Positions 10,443-21,262 of a stretch of DNA of 64,000 nt are shown one piece after another. The position numbers and the translations under genes are program-made. The stretch is from assembly GCA_964522515.1 (NCBI GenBank), contig CAZFWC010000001.1, positions 14,536-78,535 of the forward strand. Reading direction: 5' to 3'. The first letter of the stretch is position 1. Every line of letters starts with the position of its first letter. The notes under the pieces are model-generated. The model ran no database searches and was not told the DNA's origin. It saw only the letters and a list, made by a program, of their open reading frames with translations. The stretch is from an uncultured Gammaproteobacteria bacterium (lineage in GTDB: Bacteria; Patescibacteriota; Patescibacteriia; UBA2196).

Positions 10443-12926
10443 TTAAATTAATTTTTCTAATTTTTTAATATATTTTTCAACTCCAATTTCTTTAACTGAT
10501 TCAACGCAATTGGTTGACATATTTGCTAGTTGTTTTTTATTTTGTAAACTAAATTTTAAAATTTTTAATAAATCTTCTGTATCACCAGCTTCAAAAGTAA
10601 AGCCGTTAAAATCATCTTTAATAAATTCAATCCCGCCAATTCGCGCAGCTAAAACTGGCACACCATTTGATAAACTTTCAAAAATAACTGTTGGTGAATT
10701 TTCGTAACATAAAGACGAAACAATTGTTGCGTTGGTCTGAACAAAAATTGTGTTCAACTCAGAATTAGGAATGTAGCCTTTGAAAATAATTTGAGAACAG
10801 TCACTAGCTAATTTTTTAGCTTCATCTAATGCTGTGCCTGTGCCTGCGATTAGAAGGTTAATGTTTTTATTATTATTTTGTTCAGATAATAATTTTTTAA
10901 AAACATTTATTAAAAATAAAACACCTTTGTATTTTTCAACTTGCCCAAGAAAAAGAAAAGTAAATTTATTATCATTTGCAATATTAGCAAATGTTTTAAT
11001 GTTTTGGTGCCTGTCCGCCGTAGCCCTGCCTTGCCGGCAGGCAGGTTTAGCGAAGGAGGATTTTAATGTTTTTATGTTGATTGGATTTGTGAGAATTATT
11101 TTTTTAGATTTTGGAAAAAATCTTCTTTGATTATAAAATTCAAGTAAAAATTTTGATGATGAAATTATAATTTCAGGATTATTAAAAGCCCAGCGATTAT
11201 AAATTTGATAAAGTTTTGTTAAGAAAAAATTGTGTTGCCAAGAGTTTTCTTCGTTTTTTAAAATTAAACCAGATGGTGTTGCAAGTTGAACTTCGTGAAG
11301 TGTGTGGATATTTTTTACTTTGCATTTTTTAATTGCGCGACAAGTTAAATATCCAACACCTTTTAACATATGAGTCATTGAAACTTCTGGTTTTTCTTTT
11401 TTTAAAATATATTTAATTACCCAATAAGAATGCAAGTTAAACATATCAAAAGCGTGCCAAAATAGTCGTAGAAATGGTCTGTGAGCGTATTTATTTATAT
11501 TTAAGTATGAAAACAGGTTTAAAGGATAAAAACGATAAATAATTAAGTTGTTTTCAATAGTTTTTTTAGGCAACAAACTGCGTAAATTTTTAAATTCACA
11601 AATTGTAATTATAAAAATTTTATGATTTGTTTTTTTAAATCCTTTGACAATATTATTAACCACTGTTTCAGCGCCACCTTTTGTGTAAGGCGCAAAAACT
11701 GAAGTGATAAGGCAAATGTGCTTTCCCGCCTTCGCCTTTAACAACTCTACTGGACTATGGCGGGCAAGCCCTTTATTTTTTTGAGTTGGTAGTTTAAATT
11801 TATAATAGTTAATAATTTTTTCACAAATTTTTTTCCAATTATATTCTTTTTCAACTTTTTTTCGTCCTTCTTGCCCAAATTGTTTTGTTTTTTCTGTATC
11901 GTTTATAAAAAATAATAATTTTTTTGCAAGATCTCGGGCGTCATTTGGTTTAACAATTAAACCAGATTTATTTTTATCAGATGTAACTCGTAATCCTGGC
12001 CAATCTGAAACAACAACAGGAGCGCCACAAGCCATTGCTTCTACTGCTGTAATTGAAAAACTTTCAGTTGGCTGCGTTGATGGAACTGGAACAACAGTTG
12101 CTAAATTATAATAAAGTGGCAATTCATTATGATCAATATTGCCCAAAAAAATTACTCCAAAGTGAACACTAAATTTGTTCACTAATTTTTTATAATAATT
12201 TAATAAATTACCTTCTCCTGCAATTAATAATTTTACATCTTGATGATTTATAATTTTTATTGCTTTTATTAAAACATCAATTCCTTTAAAAAAATGGGCT
12301 TTGTCCAAAGCTTGGGCAGTAAAAATTATTTTGTCTGTGTCTTTTAAATTTAATTTATTTTTAATATTTTCAGTATTTAAATTTGGTTTGAATTTTTCAA
12401 TATCAACACCGTTTGGTACAACTTTAAATTTTTCAGAATATTTAAAATAATATTTTTTGATTTTTGAATGACGCGCGTAATCATCTGATAAAACAAAAAC
12501 TTGGTCAACTGTTTTAAATAAAAACGGTGCAATAATTTTTTGGTGTAAATTATTAACAAATTTTGTAATTCCCTTGCCAACCATATCCATTTGATAATGA
12601 AAAATAATTTTTGGACATTTTTTTCTTTTAATTTTTTTTAAAAACCACAAAAATTCTGCAACACCAAAATACGGATAATACAAATGAACTACATCAAAAT
12701 TTTTAACTAATTTCATAATTTGTGGCGCAAAATCTGCATAACCAAAAGAAAATAATGGTTTAAATAATTTTATTTTAAAATTTCCTTGTTTATAATCAAT
12801 TTTTCTGTCAGCTAAAAATACTGTCACATTATGTGACTTTCCAATTTCATTTGCAGTGTAAAAACACGCTGTCCCCATTCCGCTTGAAAGTGGAGGAAAC
12901 ACTGGACTAATGTAAGCGATTTTCAT
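10443..12926 (-). CDS. Tandem double GT4 glycosyltransferase with two palindromic-element insertions
   Basis: Two GT-B units (ESFSITAVEAMACG and ENSPTVIFESLSNG). Confidence 0.85.
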   Translation of the reverse strand: MKIAYISPVFPPLSSGMGTACFYTANEIGKSHNVTVFLADRKIDYKQGNFKIKLFKPLFSFGYADFAPQIMKLVKNFDVVHLYYPYFGVAEFLWFLKKIKRKKCPKIIFHYQMDMVGKGITKFVNNLHQKIIAPFLFKTVDQVFVLSDDYARHSKIKKYYFKYSEKFKVVPNGVDIEKFKPNLNTENIKNKLNLKDTDKIIFTAQALDKAHFFKGIDVLIKAIKIINHQDVKLLIAGEGNLLNYYKKLVNKFSVHFGVIFLGNIDHNELPLYYNLATVVPVPSTQPTESFSITAVEAMACGAPVVVSDWPGLRVTSDKNKSGLIVKPNDARDLAKKLLFFINDTEKTKQFGQEGRKKVEKEYNWKKICEKIINYYKFKLPTQKNKGLARHSPVELLKAKAGKHICLITSVFAPYTKGGAETVVNNIVKGFKKTNHKIFIITICEFKNLRSLLPKKTIENNLIIYRFYPLNLFSYLNINKYAHRPFLRLFWHAFDMFNLHSYWVIKYILKKEKPEVSMTHMLKGVGYLTCRAIKKCKVKNIHTLHEVQLATPSGLILKNEENSWQHNFFLTKLYQIYNRWAFNNPEIIISSSKFLLEFYNQRRFFPKSKKIILTNPINIKTLKSSFAKPACRQGRATADRHQNIKTFANIANDNKFTFLFLGQVEKYKGVLFLINVFKKLLSEQNNNKNINLLIAGTGTALDEAKKLASDCSQIIFKGYIPNSELNTIFVQTNATIVSSLCYENSPTVIFESLSNGVPVLAARIGGIEFIKDDFNGFTFEAGDTEDLLKILKFSLQNKKQLANMSTNCVESVKEIGVEKYIKKLEKLI

Positions 12927-12936
12927 ATTGATTTTT

Positions 12937-13103
12937 TCCGCCTTCGCCCCTAATCCCGAGTACTCGGGACTACTGGACTATGGCGGATAAATTTCTAGTT
13001 CAGTTTTAAATTTTTTTTAATTTAAAAAAATTTAAAACTGCATTAAGAGCCTGCCCGCCGTAGCTAGGATTTTTTAGAGTTGAGGCGAAGGAGGGTTAGG
13101 CGA
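12937..13103. repeat. Composite palindromic element
   Basis: Same arms as 31-203; contains a tcccgagtactcggga insert. Confidence 0.9.
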
Positions 13104-13105
13104 AT

Positions 13106-14233
13106 TTACCGAAAAATTCCACAACATCTTGAACAAATTGGTAATAATTTTTTATTTATTGAATCACGAAATAATTTTAATTTTTTCCCTTGCCAAATTT
13201 GTTTTATTGTTTGTGAATTAAGATTACCAATTATATAATCTGGATAATCTGCGCAAATAACAACATCACCATTATGACGAATATCGATTTCTCTGTTAAC
13301 AGCGCCACATTTTTTATAATTAAATAATTCTTGATGATTTTGATAATATTTTGCAATATTTTTAGTTTTTAAATTAGGAAAAATCAAAATTGGTTTTTTG
13401 TAGAGTTTATTTTTTCTTATTTTTTTAATTAAATTTTGAATTTTTTCAGCATCTTGCGCAATTTGTTCATTTTGAAAACCTTGCCAACTAGTCGCTGAAA
13501 TATTAAATTCATTTTGCATTCTTTTTTCATATCTTTTTCCTGTTTCTTCATTAGTGAACCAACCCAACTGTAAAATACTCATATCAATCGCAGGATTTTT
13601 TTCAATTTCTTGCAGTAAATTTTCAACATTATTTATGTTATTTTTATTTAAAGTGATAATTGTTTTGATTAATGGTTTGTATTTGTAATTTTTACTTTTT
13701 TCATAAATTAAATTTAATCCAGACATTACTTTTCCAAAAGTGCCAGGAACTTGAACAATAAAATCGTGAATTTCTTTTGTGCCAATTAATGAAACATCAA
13801 TTGAATCAACTTTATTTTTTAAAATATCATCTGAATATTTTTCAAGCAAAACACCATTTGTATTAATTGTGCAAATTAATTTTTTAGTTTTTAAATATTT
13901 AATAAATTCTGCAAAATCAGGATGCAAAATTGGTTCTCCTCCCCAAATATAAATTTCTGGATTGTATTTCGCGCACTCGTCAATTAATTGTTTTAATTTT
14001 TTAATATTTAAAAAATTTTTAATTTGATCTGATTTTGAAGTGCCTTTTTGCCCCCACTGTCCGCACATTTTACATCTTAAATTGCATCCATAAAAAAGAA
14101 AAAAACGAACTAATTTTGGAAACGAATTAGTTTTAAAAAATTTTTTATTTAGCCAGTGAGATATTTTGGTTAATGTAATTTTGCGGTATTTTATAGCTAG
14201 TTTGAGTAAGTTTATGTTTTGGTTTAAGTTCAT
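13106..14233 (-). CDS. Radical SAM protein with SPASM/twitch domain
   Basis: CNLRCKMC, GGEP and C-terminal Cys cluster. Confidence 0.9.
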   Translation of the reverse strand: MNLNQNINLLKLAIKYRKITLTKISHWLNKKFFKTNSFPKLVRFFLFYGCNLRCKMCGQWGQKGTSKSDQIKNFLNIKKLKQLIDECAKYNPEIYIWGGEPILHPDFAEFIKYLKTKKLICTINTNGVLLEKYSDDILKNKVDSIDVSLIGTKEIHDFIVQVPGTFGKVMSGLNLIYEKSKNYKYKPLIKTIITLNKNNINNVENLLQEIEKNPAIDMSILQLGWFTNEETGKRYEKRMQNEFNISATSWQGFQNEQIAQDAEKIQNLIKKIRKNKLYKKPILIFPNLKTKNIAKYYQNHQELFNYKKCGAVNREIDIRHNGDVVICADYPDYIIGNLNSQTIKQIWQGKKLKLFRDSINKKLLPICSRCCGIFR

Positions 14234-14238
14234 AAAAA

Positions 14239-14267
14239 GTGATTAGTGATTAGTGATTAGTGATTAG
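14239..14267. repeat. Heptamer tandem repeat (GTGATTA)4
   Basis: Seen directly in sequence. Confidence 0.8.
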
Positions 14268-14292
14268 ATATTTTTATCCTGCTCACTGCTCA

Positions 14293-15108
14293 CTATTCAC
14301 TTTTAATATTTATCCATACAAACAAATTATAAATCCACTTACTTGGCAGTAGCAAAAGTAGAAATTCTATAAGCAATCTAATTTCTGCAAACACTGTCCA
14401 GTGTTTTTTAAATCGAAAATATTTTTGTTTAATTTTTATTGTGTCTTTAAGTTGTTTTTTTAATTCGTATTTTTTAGAACCCGCGGAATGCATTCTGTAT
14501 TTTAATAAGGGCTGTTGTAAATTATATAATTTCTTATTTTTTAAAATTAATTGACAAAATAAATCGTAATCTGAAATTTTATCAAATTCTTTTTTATAAA
14601 ATCCAATTTCTTGAAAATCTTTTTTATAAAACATTATGCTTGGATGAGCAACAACATTTCTAATCCGCATCTTTTGGCTAATTTCAGCTGAATTTTCTGG
14701 ATATTTTCGTGTTCCAATTATTTTATCATTTTCATTAATAATTGTTAAATTTGAACCAACTAAATTAATTTCAGGATTAGAAATTAAAAAATCCAACTGT
14801 TTGGACAATCTGTTTGGTTCAGAAATATCATCTGCGTCCATTCTAGCAATAATTTCACTTTGAGCTAATTTAATTCCTTTGTTTAATTGTTCTGCAAAAT
14901 TTGTTCTAGATGAATTTAAAAAATATTTAATTCTAGAATCATTAAAATTATTTATAATATTTTTTTGAGTATTTTCACTTGGATCTTCAATAATAATTAA
15001 TTCAAAATTTTTATAATCCTGATTTAAAATACTTTTGGTTGCTTGCTCAAAATATTTTTGTTTTGTATTCCAAACAGGCATTATTACTGAAATTAATTTA
15101 TTTGTCAT
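14293..15108 (-). CDS. GT2 glycosyltransferase
   Basis: ISVIMPVWN and ARMDADD motifs. Confidence 0.9.
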   Translation of the reverse strand: MTNKLISVIMPVWNTKQKYFEQATKSILNQDYKNFELIIIEDPSENTQKNIINNFNDSRIKYFLNSSRTNFAEQLNKGIKLAQSEIIARMDADDISEPNRLSKQLDFLISNPEINLVGSNLTIINENDKIIGTRKYPENSAEISQKMRIRNVVAHPSIMFYKKDFQEIGFYKKEFDKISDYDLFCQLILKNKKLYNLQQPLLKYRMHSAGSKKYELKKQLKDTIKIKQKYFRFKKHWTVFAEIRLLIEFLLLLLPSKWIYNLFVWINIKSE

Positions 15109-15436
15109 ATTTTTTTATTTTTTCTAACGCGTCTTTTCTCACGATTTTAGTAATATTTTTTTCAATGTTTTCTAATTTAAGTCTAATTTTAAAAATTAAA
15201 TAAAATAAAATAATAATTCCAATGTAAAGCAAAATATCAATTCCAGAACTTGAAAATCCAAAATTTATTGCTAATTTATCAATCCACTTTAAAGATGAAA
15301 TTGCAACTGCGGAAAATATCCAAAAAATAAACCAAAATATAAATTCATTTTTTGAAATCTGTTGTTTTTGTTTTTGCAATAATAATCTTATGATAAAATA
15401 TAAAATTATTATTAAAGCAATAATTTGTTGAAGCAT
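15098..15436 (-). CDS. DUF2304-family membrane protein
   Basis: Three TM helices, IEKNITKIVR tail; follows a DPM-synthase-like GT2. Confidence 0.75.
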   Translation of the reverse strand: MLQQIIALIIILYFIIRLLLQKQKQQISKNEFIFWFIFWIFSAVAISSLKWIDKLAINFGFSSSGIDILLYIGIIILFYLIFKIRLKLENIEKNITKIVRKDALEKIKKYDK

Positions 15437-15452
15437 ATATTTTTAAAATAAT

Positions 15453-15527
15453 GTCATTCTGAGCGAAGCGAAGAATCTATTTTAATAAACCAGATCCTTC
15501 ACTCCCAAAAAAGCTGTTCAGGATGAC
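15453..15527. repeat. GTCATTCTGAG-type inverted repeat pair
   Basis: gtcattctgagcgaagcgaagaatct...agatccttc...ttcaggatgac; relatives at 16199, 30180, 31615, 42615, 50485. Confidence 0.7.
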
Positions 15528-16186
15528 AACTTTGACAAACATATTTCCTTAAGTATTTTAAAACCAGAGCCAACTCCTTGTCCAAATTCATTATAAATTA
15601 CTGTTACTGGAACTTCTTTAAATCTTAAATTATTTTTTTTGATTTGCGAAATTATTTCTGTGTTGTGAGACATTCTGTCTTGAAAAATTTTTATTTTTTG
15701 CCCAGCTTTATTTGATAAAACACGATAACCACAGTGAGCGTCTGTTAATTTAATTCCTGTGATTAATCTATTTATCACACGACTTACAGGATGTATAATT
15801 TTTCTTTTTGCAAATGGCATTTTTTTATTTTTTTGTAAAAAACGCGAACCTAAAATAATATCAACTTCATTATTTAATAAAGAAACTAAAGTTTGTTGAA
15901 TTTCATTTACAAGATACTGTCCGTCTGCGTCAAAGTGGACAATAATTTCAGCATTATTTTTAAGAGCAAAATCTGTGCCTGTTTGAAGAGCCGCGCCTTG
16001 CCCTCTGTTAATTTCGTGTTTTAAAACAGTGATTGGAAATTGTTTTAAAATTTCAAAAGTATTATCTGTTGAACAGTCGTCAACAACCACAATTTGATAA
16101 TTGTGTTCTAACAAATTTTTAATCACTTGCGCAATATTTTTTTCTTCATTAAAAGCTGGGATAATAATGAAAATGTTTTGGTTCAT
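15518..16186 (-). CDS. GT2 glycosyltransferase, DPM-synthase-like
   Basis: IIIPAFNEE, VDDCSTD, NRGQGAAL, FDADGQ; start moved to MNQNIF. Confidence 0.9.
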   Translation of the reverse strand: MNQNIFIIIPAFNEEKNIAQVIKNLLEHNYQIVVVDDCSTDNTFEILKQFPITVLKHEINRGQGAALQTGTDFALKNNAEIIVHFDADGQYLVNEIQQTLVSLLNNEVDIILGSRFLQKNKKMPFAKRKIIHPVSRVINRLITGIKLTDAHCGYRVLSNKAGQKIKIFQDRMSHNTEIISQIKKNNLRFKEVPVTVIYNEFGQGVGSGFKILKEICLSKLSS

Positions 16187-16270
16187 TTTGATCTGGATGT
16201 CATCCCGAGCTTTGGTAGGATTTTTTAGGATTGGGTCAATGCAACGGGATCCCATCACTTCTAGCAAATT

Positions 16271-17068
16271 CTAAAGGTCGTTCGGGATGACAACGGGTGA
16301 ATAAATATTATTTGAGTAAGTTGTAATTTGTTCATTAAACAAAAAATCAAAACCAGTAGCAAAAGCATTTTCTAAAAGTTTTATTTTTTGATTAACTTGA
16401 TTTTCATTTGGAATAAATTCAATTTCAAAACTAGCATTTGCTTTTTCATTTAATTTTAATTCATCTAAATTCCAAGTAATTAATCTTGTTTTCTTATCAA
16501 AATTTAAAGTTTTGCCTTTGTTAACTGCGATTTTATTAGTGTAATTAATATTTGTTGGCAGTTTAGCTTGGATTTTAATATTTTTAATTGCGCGTGGTGA
16601 GCTACTTAATTCCCAAACAATTCGCGCGGAAGTTGTTGCATTAACTTTAGGAGGCCAAGCTCCAATTCCAAGTTGTTCACTTTCTTTTGTGTAGTAAATT
16701 AATTGATTATTAAAAATTAAATTTGCTGGCACAGTATCATTTTTTACTTCTTGCTTGTCTGTTTCACCGCTAACTTTTTGATGAGTAATTTTTAATTCAA
16801 AAGTTTCAATTGGGAATTTTTGAGTTAATAAAAAAATATTAATTAAAATTAAAAGAATAATTAGAAAAATTAAAATCAAATCAATAATTAAATGTTTTTT
16901 TGACTCTTTATAAAATTTATCAAATCGTTTGAGCAAAGGATTTGTAAAAATATTTAAAGTGCGAATATAAATTGGATATTTTTTTGTGTTTTCTAAATTC
17001 AAATCTTGTTTAGAGATTATTTTTTCGTCTTGTGAAACATCTTGAATTTTATTTTTTTGATTATTCAT
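16271..17068 (-). CDS. Hypothetical single-TM protein with beta-rich C-terminal domain
   Basis: TM segment followed by GAWPPKV motif. Confidence 0.55.
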   Translation of the reverse strand: MNNQKNKIQDVSQDEKIISKQDLNLENTKKYPIYIRTLNIFTNPLLKRFDKFYKESKKHLIIDLILIFLIILLILINIFLLTQKFPIETFELKITHQKVSGETDKQEVKNDTVPANLIFNNQLIYYTKESEQLGIGAWPPKVNATTSARIVWELSSSPRAIKNIKIQAKLPTNINYTNKIAVNKGKTLNFDKKTRLITWNLDELKLNEKANASFEIEFIPNENQVNQKIKLLENAFATGFDFLFNEQITTYSNNIYSPVVIPNDL

Positions 17069-17241
17069 ATTTTTAAAAATTAATTAAGCACGCGAATTAC
17101 CAGAATAAACCAGAATTTTAATTCGTGTAAATTTTAGGTAATTCTGGTAATTCGTGTTCTATTCTATTTAAAAAAACAATTTCCTCTCTTCTAAAAAATT
17201 TTAAAAGTCATTCAACATGACAATAAAAAATACTGACAATC

Positions 17242-19353
17242 TTAATAAGCTAAAATCTCAACTTCCTCATCTTGATCAATATCAAATGCGCTTACTTTAG
17301 CGCCGTTGCGAGAATCTGGATCAAAAGCAAAAAACCCAGGATCAACTAAATGACCAATTTTATCATAAATCCTAATGTGCGGACCGCCAGTTAAACCTGC
17401 TCCTGTAATTATCTCATCTTTTCCATCATTATTCAAATCTAGGCAAGCAACATTTACGCCACCTCTGAATTTTAAATCATAAGAAAAAAATCCAGGATCA
17501 AATAAATGTCCGTCAGATCTGAAAATTCTAATGTGTGGACCGCCACCAAAACCAGCGCCAGTTACAATTTCTTTGTAACCATTTCCATTTAAATCACCTA
17601 AAGCCACATTTACTCCACCACGAAAATTTTTATTATAAGCAAACCAGCCTGTGTGAATTAAGTTTCCTTGATAATTAAAAATTCTAATTTGCGGTCCGCC
17701 ACCTTGTTGCGTTCCAGTTACAATTTCTAATTTTTTATCATCTTGAATATTTCCAATTGCAATATTAATTCCTGAATTATATTTTTCTCCATAAGGATAA
17801 AAAGTTTTAACTAAATTATTTTGAGAATTAAAAATTTTAACTGAATTTGAATTTGCCACAATTGTTTCAAATTTTCCATCTTGGTCTAAATCAGAAATAT
17901 TAATTTGTGCGCCACCTTCAAATTTTGATAAGTAAGCAAAAAAACCAGATCTTTTATTGTTTCCGCGTTTATCAAAAATTCTTAAATAAGAACCATTTAT
18001 AAAAGTTGTATTTATTAAATTAAATTCTTCTTGATTGTTTTCCTGATTAATTAATTCTAATTTTTTTAATAAAATAATTCCGTCTTGTGCTGGTAAAAAA
18101 ATTTGTTTAACCAATTCTCCGTTATTTATTTTTTTATCTTGCACCCCACGAATTTTTTCATAAACTGCATTGTTGTCTAAATTAATTATTTGATTTTGCT
18201 GTGTAGAATTAACTAAAGCAATTCCGTTTTCAAAATCACGACGCCAAATTCCTGATTCGTATTGAACACTAAATTTGTCTTGCCCGCCGTAGCCTTGGCG
18301 AAGGTGGGTCAGTAAATTTTGCGCGGAATTAATTGGTTGACCTAAATTAATATTGTATTCATCATACCACCAAAGTTGAGAGTGATCTTCTGTGCCAAAA
18401 TCAAACGCAAAATATCCATTTTCTAACAAACTTGAAGCTAAACCAAAACGCACTTTTTTAAAATTATTTTTATCACCAGTATTATTTGTATTTGGGTTTA
18501 AAATAATAATATGTGGTAAATAATTAATAGAATTATTTAAATTTTTATAATCATTCATTTGTCCAACCCAACTTCCTTGCCATTTGTCTGGCCAAGATTC
18601 ATAAATTCTACCGTTAATAAAATTTTTTGTGTAACTTGAACTGTTAATTAAAATAATTTTATTATTTCCTAATTCTTTTCTAGTATTTTCTAATAATTTT
18701 TTCATTCCTTCTTGCCACTGGTTGTCAGTTAAATTTGTATTATTAATTTTATCTAAAACATTATCAAAAAAAACTCCATCCCAATTTCCAGTGTTAATTA
18801 ATTCTTGTTTAACAAATTTGGGTAGCCAAGAATTAAATTCAGAATTCGTAACATTAAATGAATAATTTCCTGGCCAAATTGAGTGAATATTATTTTGTTT
18901 ATCTTTTAACCACCAAGATGAATTAATTTGCGCATACATTTTATGCCACGGACCATTTGAGCTTTCTAAAATTTTATAATTTTGAATTGGAAATTCCATT
19001 GAAGAAAGATAAGCAATAATTTTAATATTAGGATTAAGATTTTTTAATTCAGAAAAAATATTTAGGTTTGTGTCTTGAACTTGCATTCCTAAAATAACCA
19101 CATCCCATTTTGCTAATTTATTTATTTCAGAATTTGAAATTGGAGTTTTTAAATAATAATTTGCAAGTTTTGGGTAGCTGTTATAACTAGCTTGCGCTGG
19201 TTGTAAAAATAAAAAAAACGCTAAAAAAATTAACGCCAATAAAACAAAAAAAGCAACATTTTTAAAGTTATTTTTTAAATTTATAAATTTGCTCCAATTC
19301 TTTATAATATTGTTCAGAATTGTACAATTTAGCCACTTTTTGTTGAATTTCAT
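17242..19353 (-). CDS. Secreted putative glycoside hydrolase with FG-GAP-like repeats; 30-nt element at 18279-18308
   Basis: WDGVFFDN motif; repeated GDLNGNG..EIVTGAG.GGGPHIRIF; start position uncertain. Confidence 0.7.
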   Translation of the reverse strand: MKFNKKWLNCTILNNIIKNWSKFINLKNNFKNVAFFVLLALIFLAFFLFLQPAQASYNSYPKLANYYLKTPISNSEINKLAKWDVVILGMQVQDTNLNIFSELKNLNPNIKIIAYLSSMEFPIQNYKILESSNGPWHKMYAQINSSWWLKDKQNNIHSIWPGNYSFNVTNSEFNSWLPKFVKQELINTGNWDGVFFDNVLDKINNTNLTDNQWQEGMKKLLENTRKELGNNKIILINSSSYTKNFINGRIYESWPDKWQGSWVGQMNDYKNLNNSINYLPHIIILNPNTNNTGDKNNFKKVRFGLASSLLENGYFAFDFGTEDHSQLWWYDEYNINLGQPINSAQNLLTHLRQGYGGQDKFSVQYESGIWRRDFENGIALVNSTQQNQIINLDNNAVYEKIRGVQDKKINNGELVKQIFLPAQDGIILLKKLELINQENNQEEFNLINTTFINGSYLRIFDKRGNNKRSGFFAYLSKFEGGAQINISDLDQDGKFETIVANSNSVKIFNSQNNLVKTFYPYGEKYNSGINIAIGNIQDDKKLEIVTGTQQGGGPQIRIFNYQGNLIHTGWFAYNKNFRGGVNVALGDLNGNGYKEIVTGAGFGGGPHIRIFRSDGHLFDPGFFSYDLKFRGGVNVACLDLNNDGKDEIITGAGLTGGPHIRIYDKIGHLVDPGFFAFDPDSRNGAKVSAFDIDQDEEVEILAY

Positions 19354-20491
19354 ATTCATTCATCTTAACATTTTTTTCGTTTTTTGTCAACCATTTAATC
19401 TTACTAACTAAGTCTTGAATATCATTTGATTTAAATAAATATTTTTCTGGAACCAGCTCAGGTAAAGCTCCAATTTTACTTGCTAAAACAGTTTTGCCTA
19501 GCGCATAACTTTCTAAAACTGAAAGCCCAAAAGTTTCAGGAGCTAACGAAGGAACAATTACAAATTCTGAATTTTTAATTAAATTTTTAAGTTCAGCATT
19601 ATTTTTGTGCCCCAATAATTCAACATTCTTTAATGAATAATTAATAATGAACAGTGAATAATTATTTTTTTCTGGTCCTTCACCAACTATTTTTAATTTT
19701 ATTTCTGGCAGTTGTTTTATTGCTTCTAATAAAATTTCCACACCTTTTTCATTTGATAATCTTCCAAAATATAAAATATATTTTTCTTTCTTGTGTTCAA
19801 GTGTTTTTGTGTTCAAGTGTTTTTGTGTAAAAACAAAATGCAATAAAATTTTTATTTTATTTTTATCAAATCCAGCTTGAATTAATTTATCAGCTACAAA
19901 TTTACTTGGCGCAATAAATATATCAATATTTTTTTCATAAACTTTTAAAATTTTATGGTGCAAATACATTTCAACAACACTAATCAAAGACTGAACACTA
20001 GAATTGTTCACACATTTATCTTTTAAACATTTATAATATTTACTGCCGCAAATTTTTTCATAAAGTTTATTGTTTAAAAATAAATTATAATTTGGTGAAA
20101 TCAAAGAATAATCGTGAACTGTCATTATAATTGGAATATTTTGTTTTTTAAAAATTGGTAAAATAGAAGGTGAAATTTGATGATAAATATTATTTAAATG
20201 CGCAACATCAATTTTATTTTCAACTAATATTTTTTTAATTTTTCTTCTAGCTTCAAAAGACCACCAAAATCTAAAAACAATTTTAAAATTTTGAAAAATA
20301 TTCCAGTTGGGTTTAGTTTTTATTTCAGAAATAAAATATTTACTAAATTTTGTTGCTAAATTTTTTTGATGTTGCATTGCAAAAGGAACAACTGTGTGTC
20401 CTTTATTTTCTAATAATTTTTTTAAATCAAAAAAGTAGCGTTCCGCGCCGCCTTTCAGAAAATAAAATTTGTTAATCAGTAAAATATTCAT
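19268..20491 (-). CDS. GT4 glycosyltransferase
   Basis: GGAERY, GRLSNEKG, ETFGLSVLES motifs. Confidence 0.9.
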   Translation of the reverse strand: MNILLINKFYFLKGGAERYFFDLKKLLENKGHTVVPFAMQHQKNLATKFSKYFISEIKTKPNWNIFQNFKIVFRFWWSFEARRKIKKILVENKIDVAHLNNIYHQISPSILPIFKKQNIPIIMTVHDYSLISPNYNLFLNNKLYEKICGSKYYKCLKDKCVNNSSVQSLISVVEMYLHHKILKVYEKNIDIFIAPSKFVADKLIQAGFDKNKIKILLHFVFTQKHLNTKTLEHKKEKYILYFGRLSNEKGVEILLEAIKQLPEIKLKIVGEGPEKNNYSLFIINYSLKNVELLGHKNNAELKNLIKNSEFVIVPSLAPETFGLSVLESYALGKTVLASKIGALPELVPEKYLFKSNDIQDLVSKIKWLTKNEKNVKMNEYEIQQKVAKLYNSEQYYKELEQIYKFKK

Positions 20492-21258
20492 ATTTTATAT
20501 TTCTTTTTATAATATTTCAAACTTTCTTTACTCCATTTTTTAATTTTGTTTTGACTACTGCTCGCGCCTGTAAAATGTTTAATTTTAATTTTACCTAAAT
20601 ACCAAACTTCAAAACCAAAATTGTTAGCGCGTTTGCAAAAATCTGTATCTTCATAATATAAAAAAAAGTTTTCATCAAACAAACCAATTTTTTCAATAAC
20701 TTGTTTTTTAATTAAAGTGAATCCGCAACCAACATAATCAACTTTTTTGTTTTTATTAAATAAATATTTTGTAAAAAAATTATACATTGTCCAATGCGCC
20801 CAAGGTGTGAACCAATAAAGTTTTAATTTGTAAGCAAGATTAGTCCAAAAACTAGGAAAATTACCAAACGAACCAGCGACTTTATTTCTATAATCAATTT
20901 GCTGACATCCAAAAATTCCAGCGTTTTGATGTTGATTTGCAAATTCAATCATTTGTGAAAAAATATTTTTATCAAATTCAGTGTCAGGATTAATTAAAAA
21001 AATATAATTTCCTTTGGCTTGTTTTAATGCCTGATTATTTGCTTTTGCAAAACCTAAATTTTCTTTATTTTTAATAAATTTTAAATTATTATAATTTTTT
21101 TCTTGAATTATTTTTTCAACTACTTCTGTTGTTTTGTCTTGTGAATTATTATCAATTACAAAAACTTCATCTGAATTTGAAATATTTTTATAAATTGATT
21201 CCAGACATTTTTTAATAAAATTTTGTGAATTGTAAGTTACAGTAATTATACTTAACAT
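20488..21258 (-). CDS. GT2 glycosyltransferase (rhamnosyltransferase-like)
   Basis: IDNNSQD, NLGFAKANN, FFLYYEDTD motifs. Confidence 0.9.
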   Translation of the reverse strand: MLSIITVTYNSQNFIKKCLESIYKNISNSDEVFVIDNNSQDKTTEVVEKIIQEKNYNNLKFIKNKENLGFAKANNQALKQAKGNYIFLINPDTEFDKNIFSQMIEFANQHQNAGIFGCQQIDYRNKVAGSFGNFPSFWTNLAYKLKLYWFTPWAHWTMYNFFTKYLFNKNKKVDYVGCGFTLIKKQVIEKIGLFDENFFLYYEDTDFCKRANNFGFEVWYLGKIKIKHFTGASSSQNKIKKWSKESLKYYKKKYKI

Positions 21259-21262
21259 AAAA

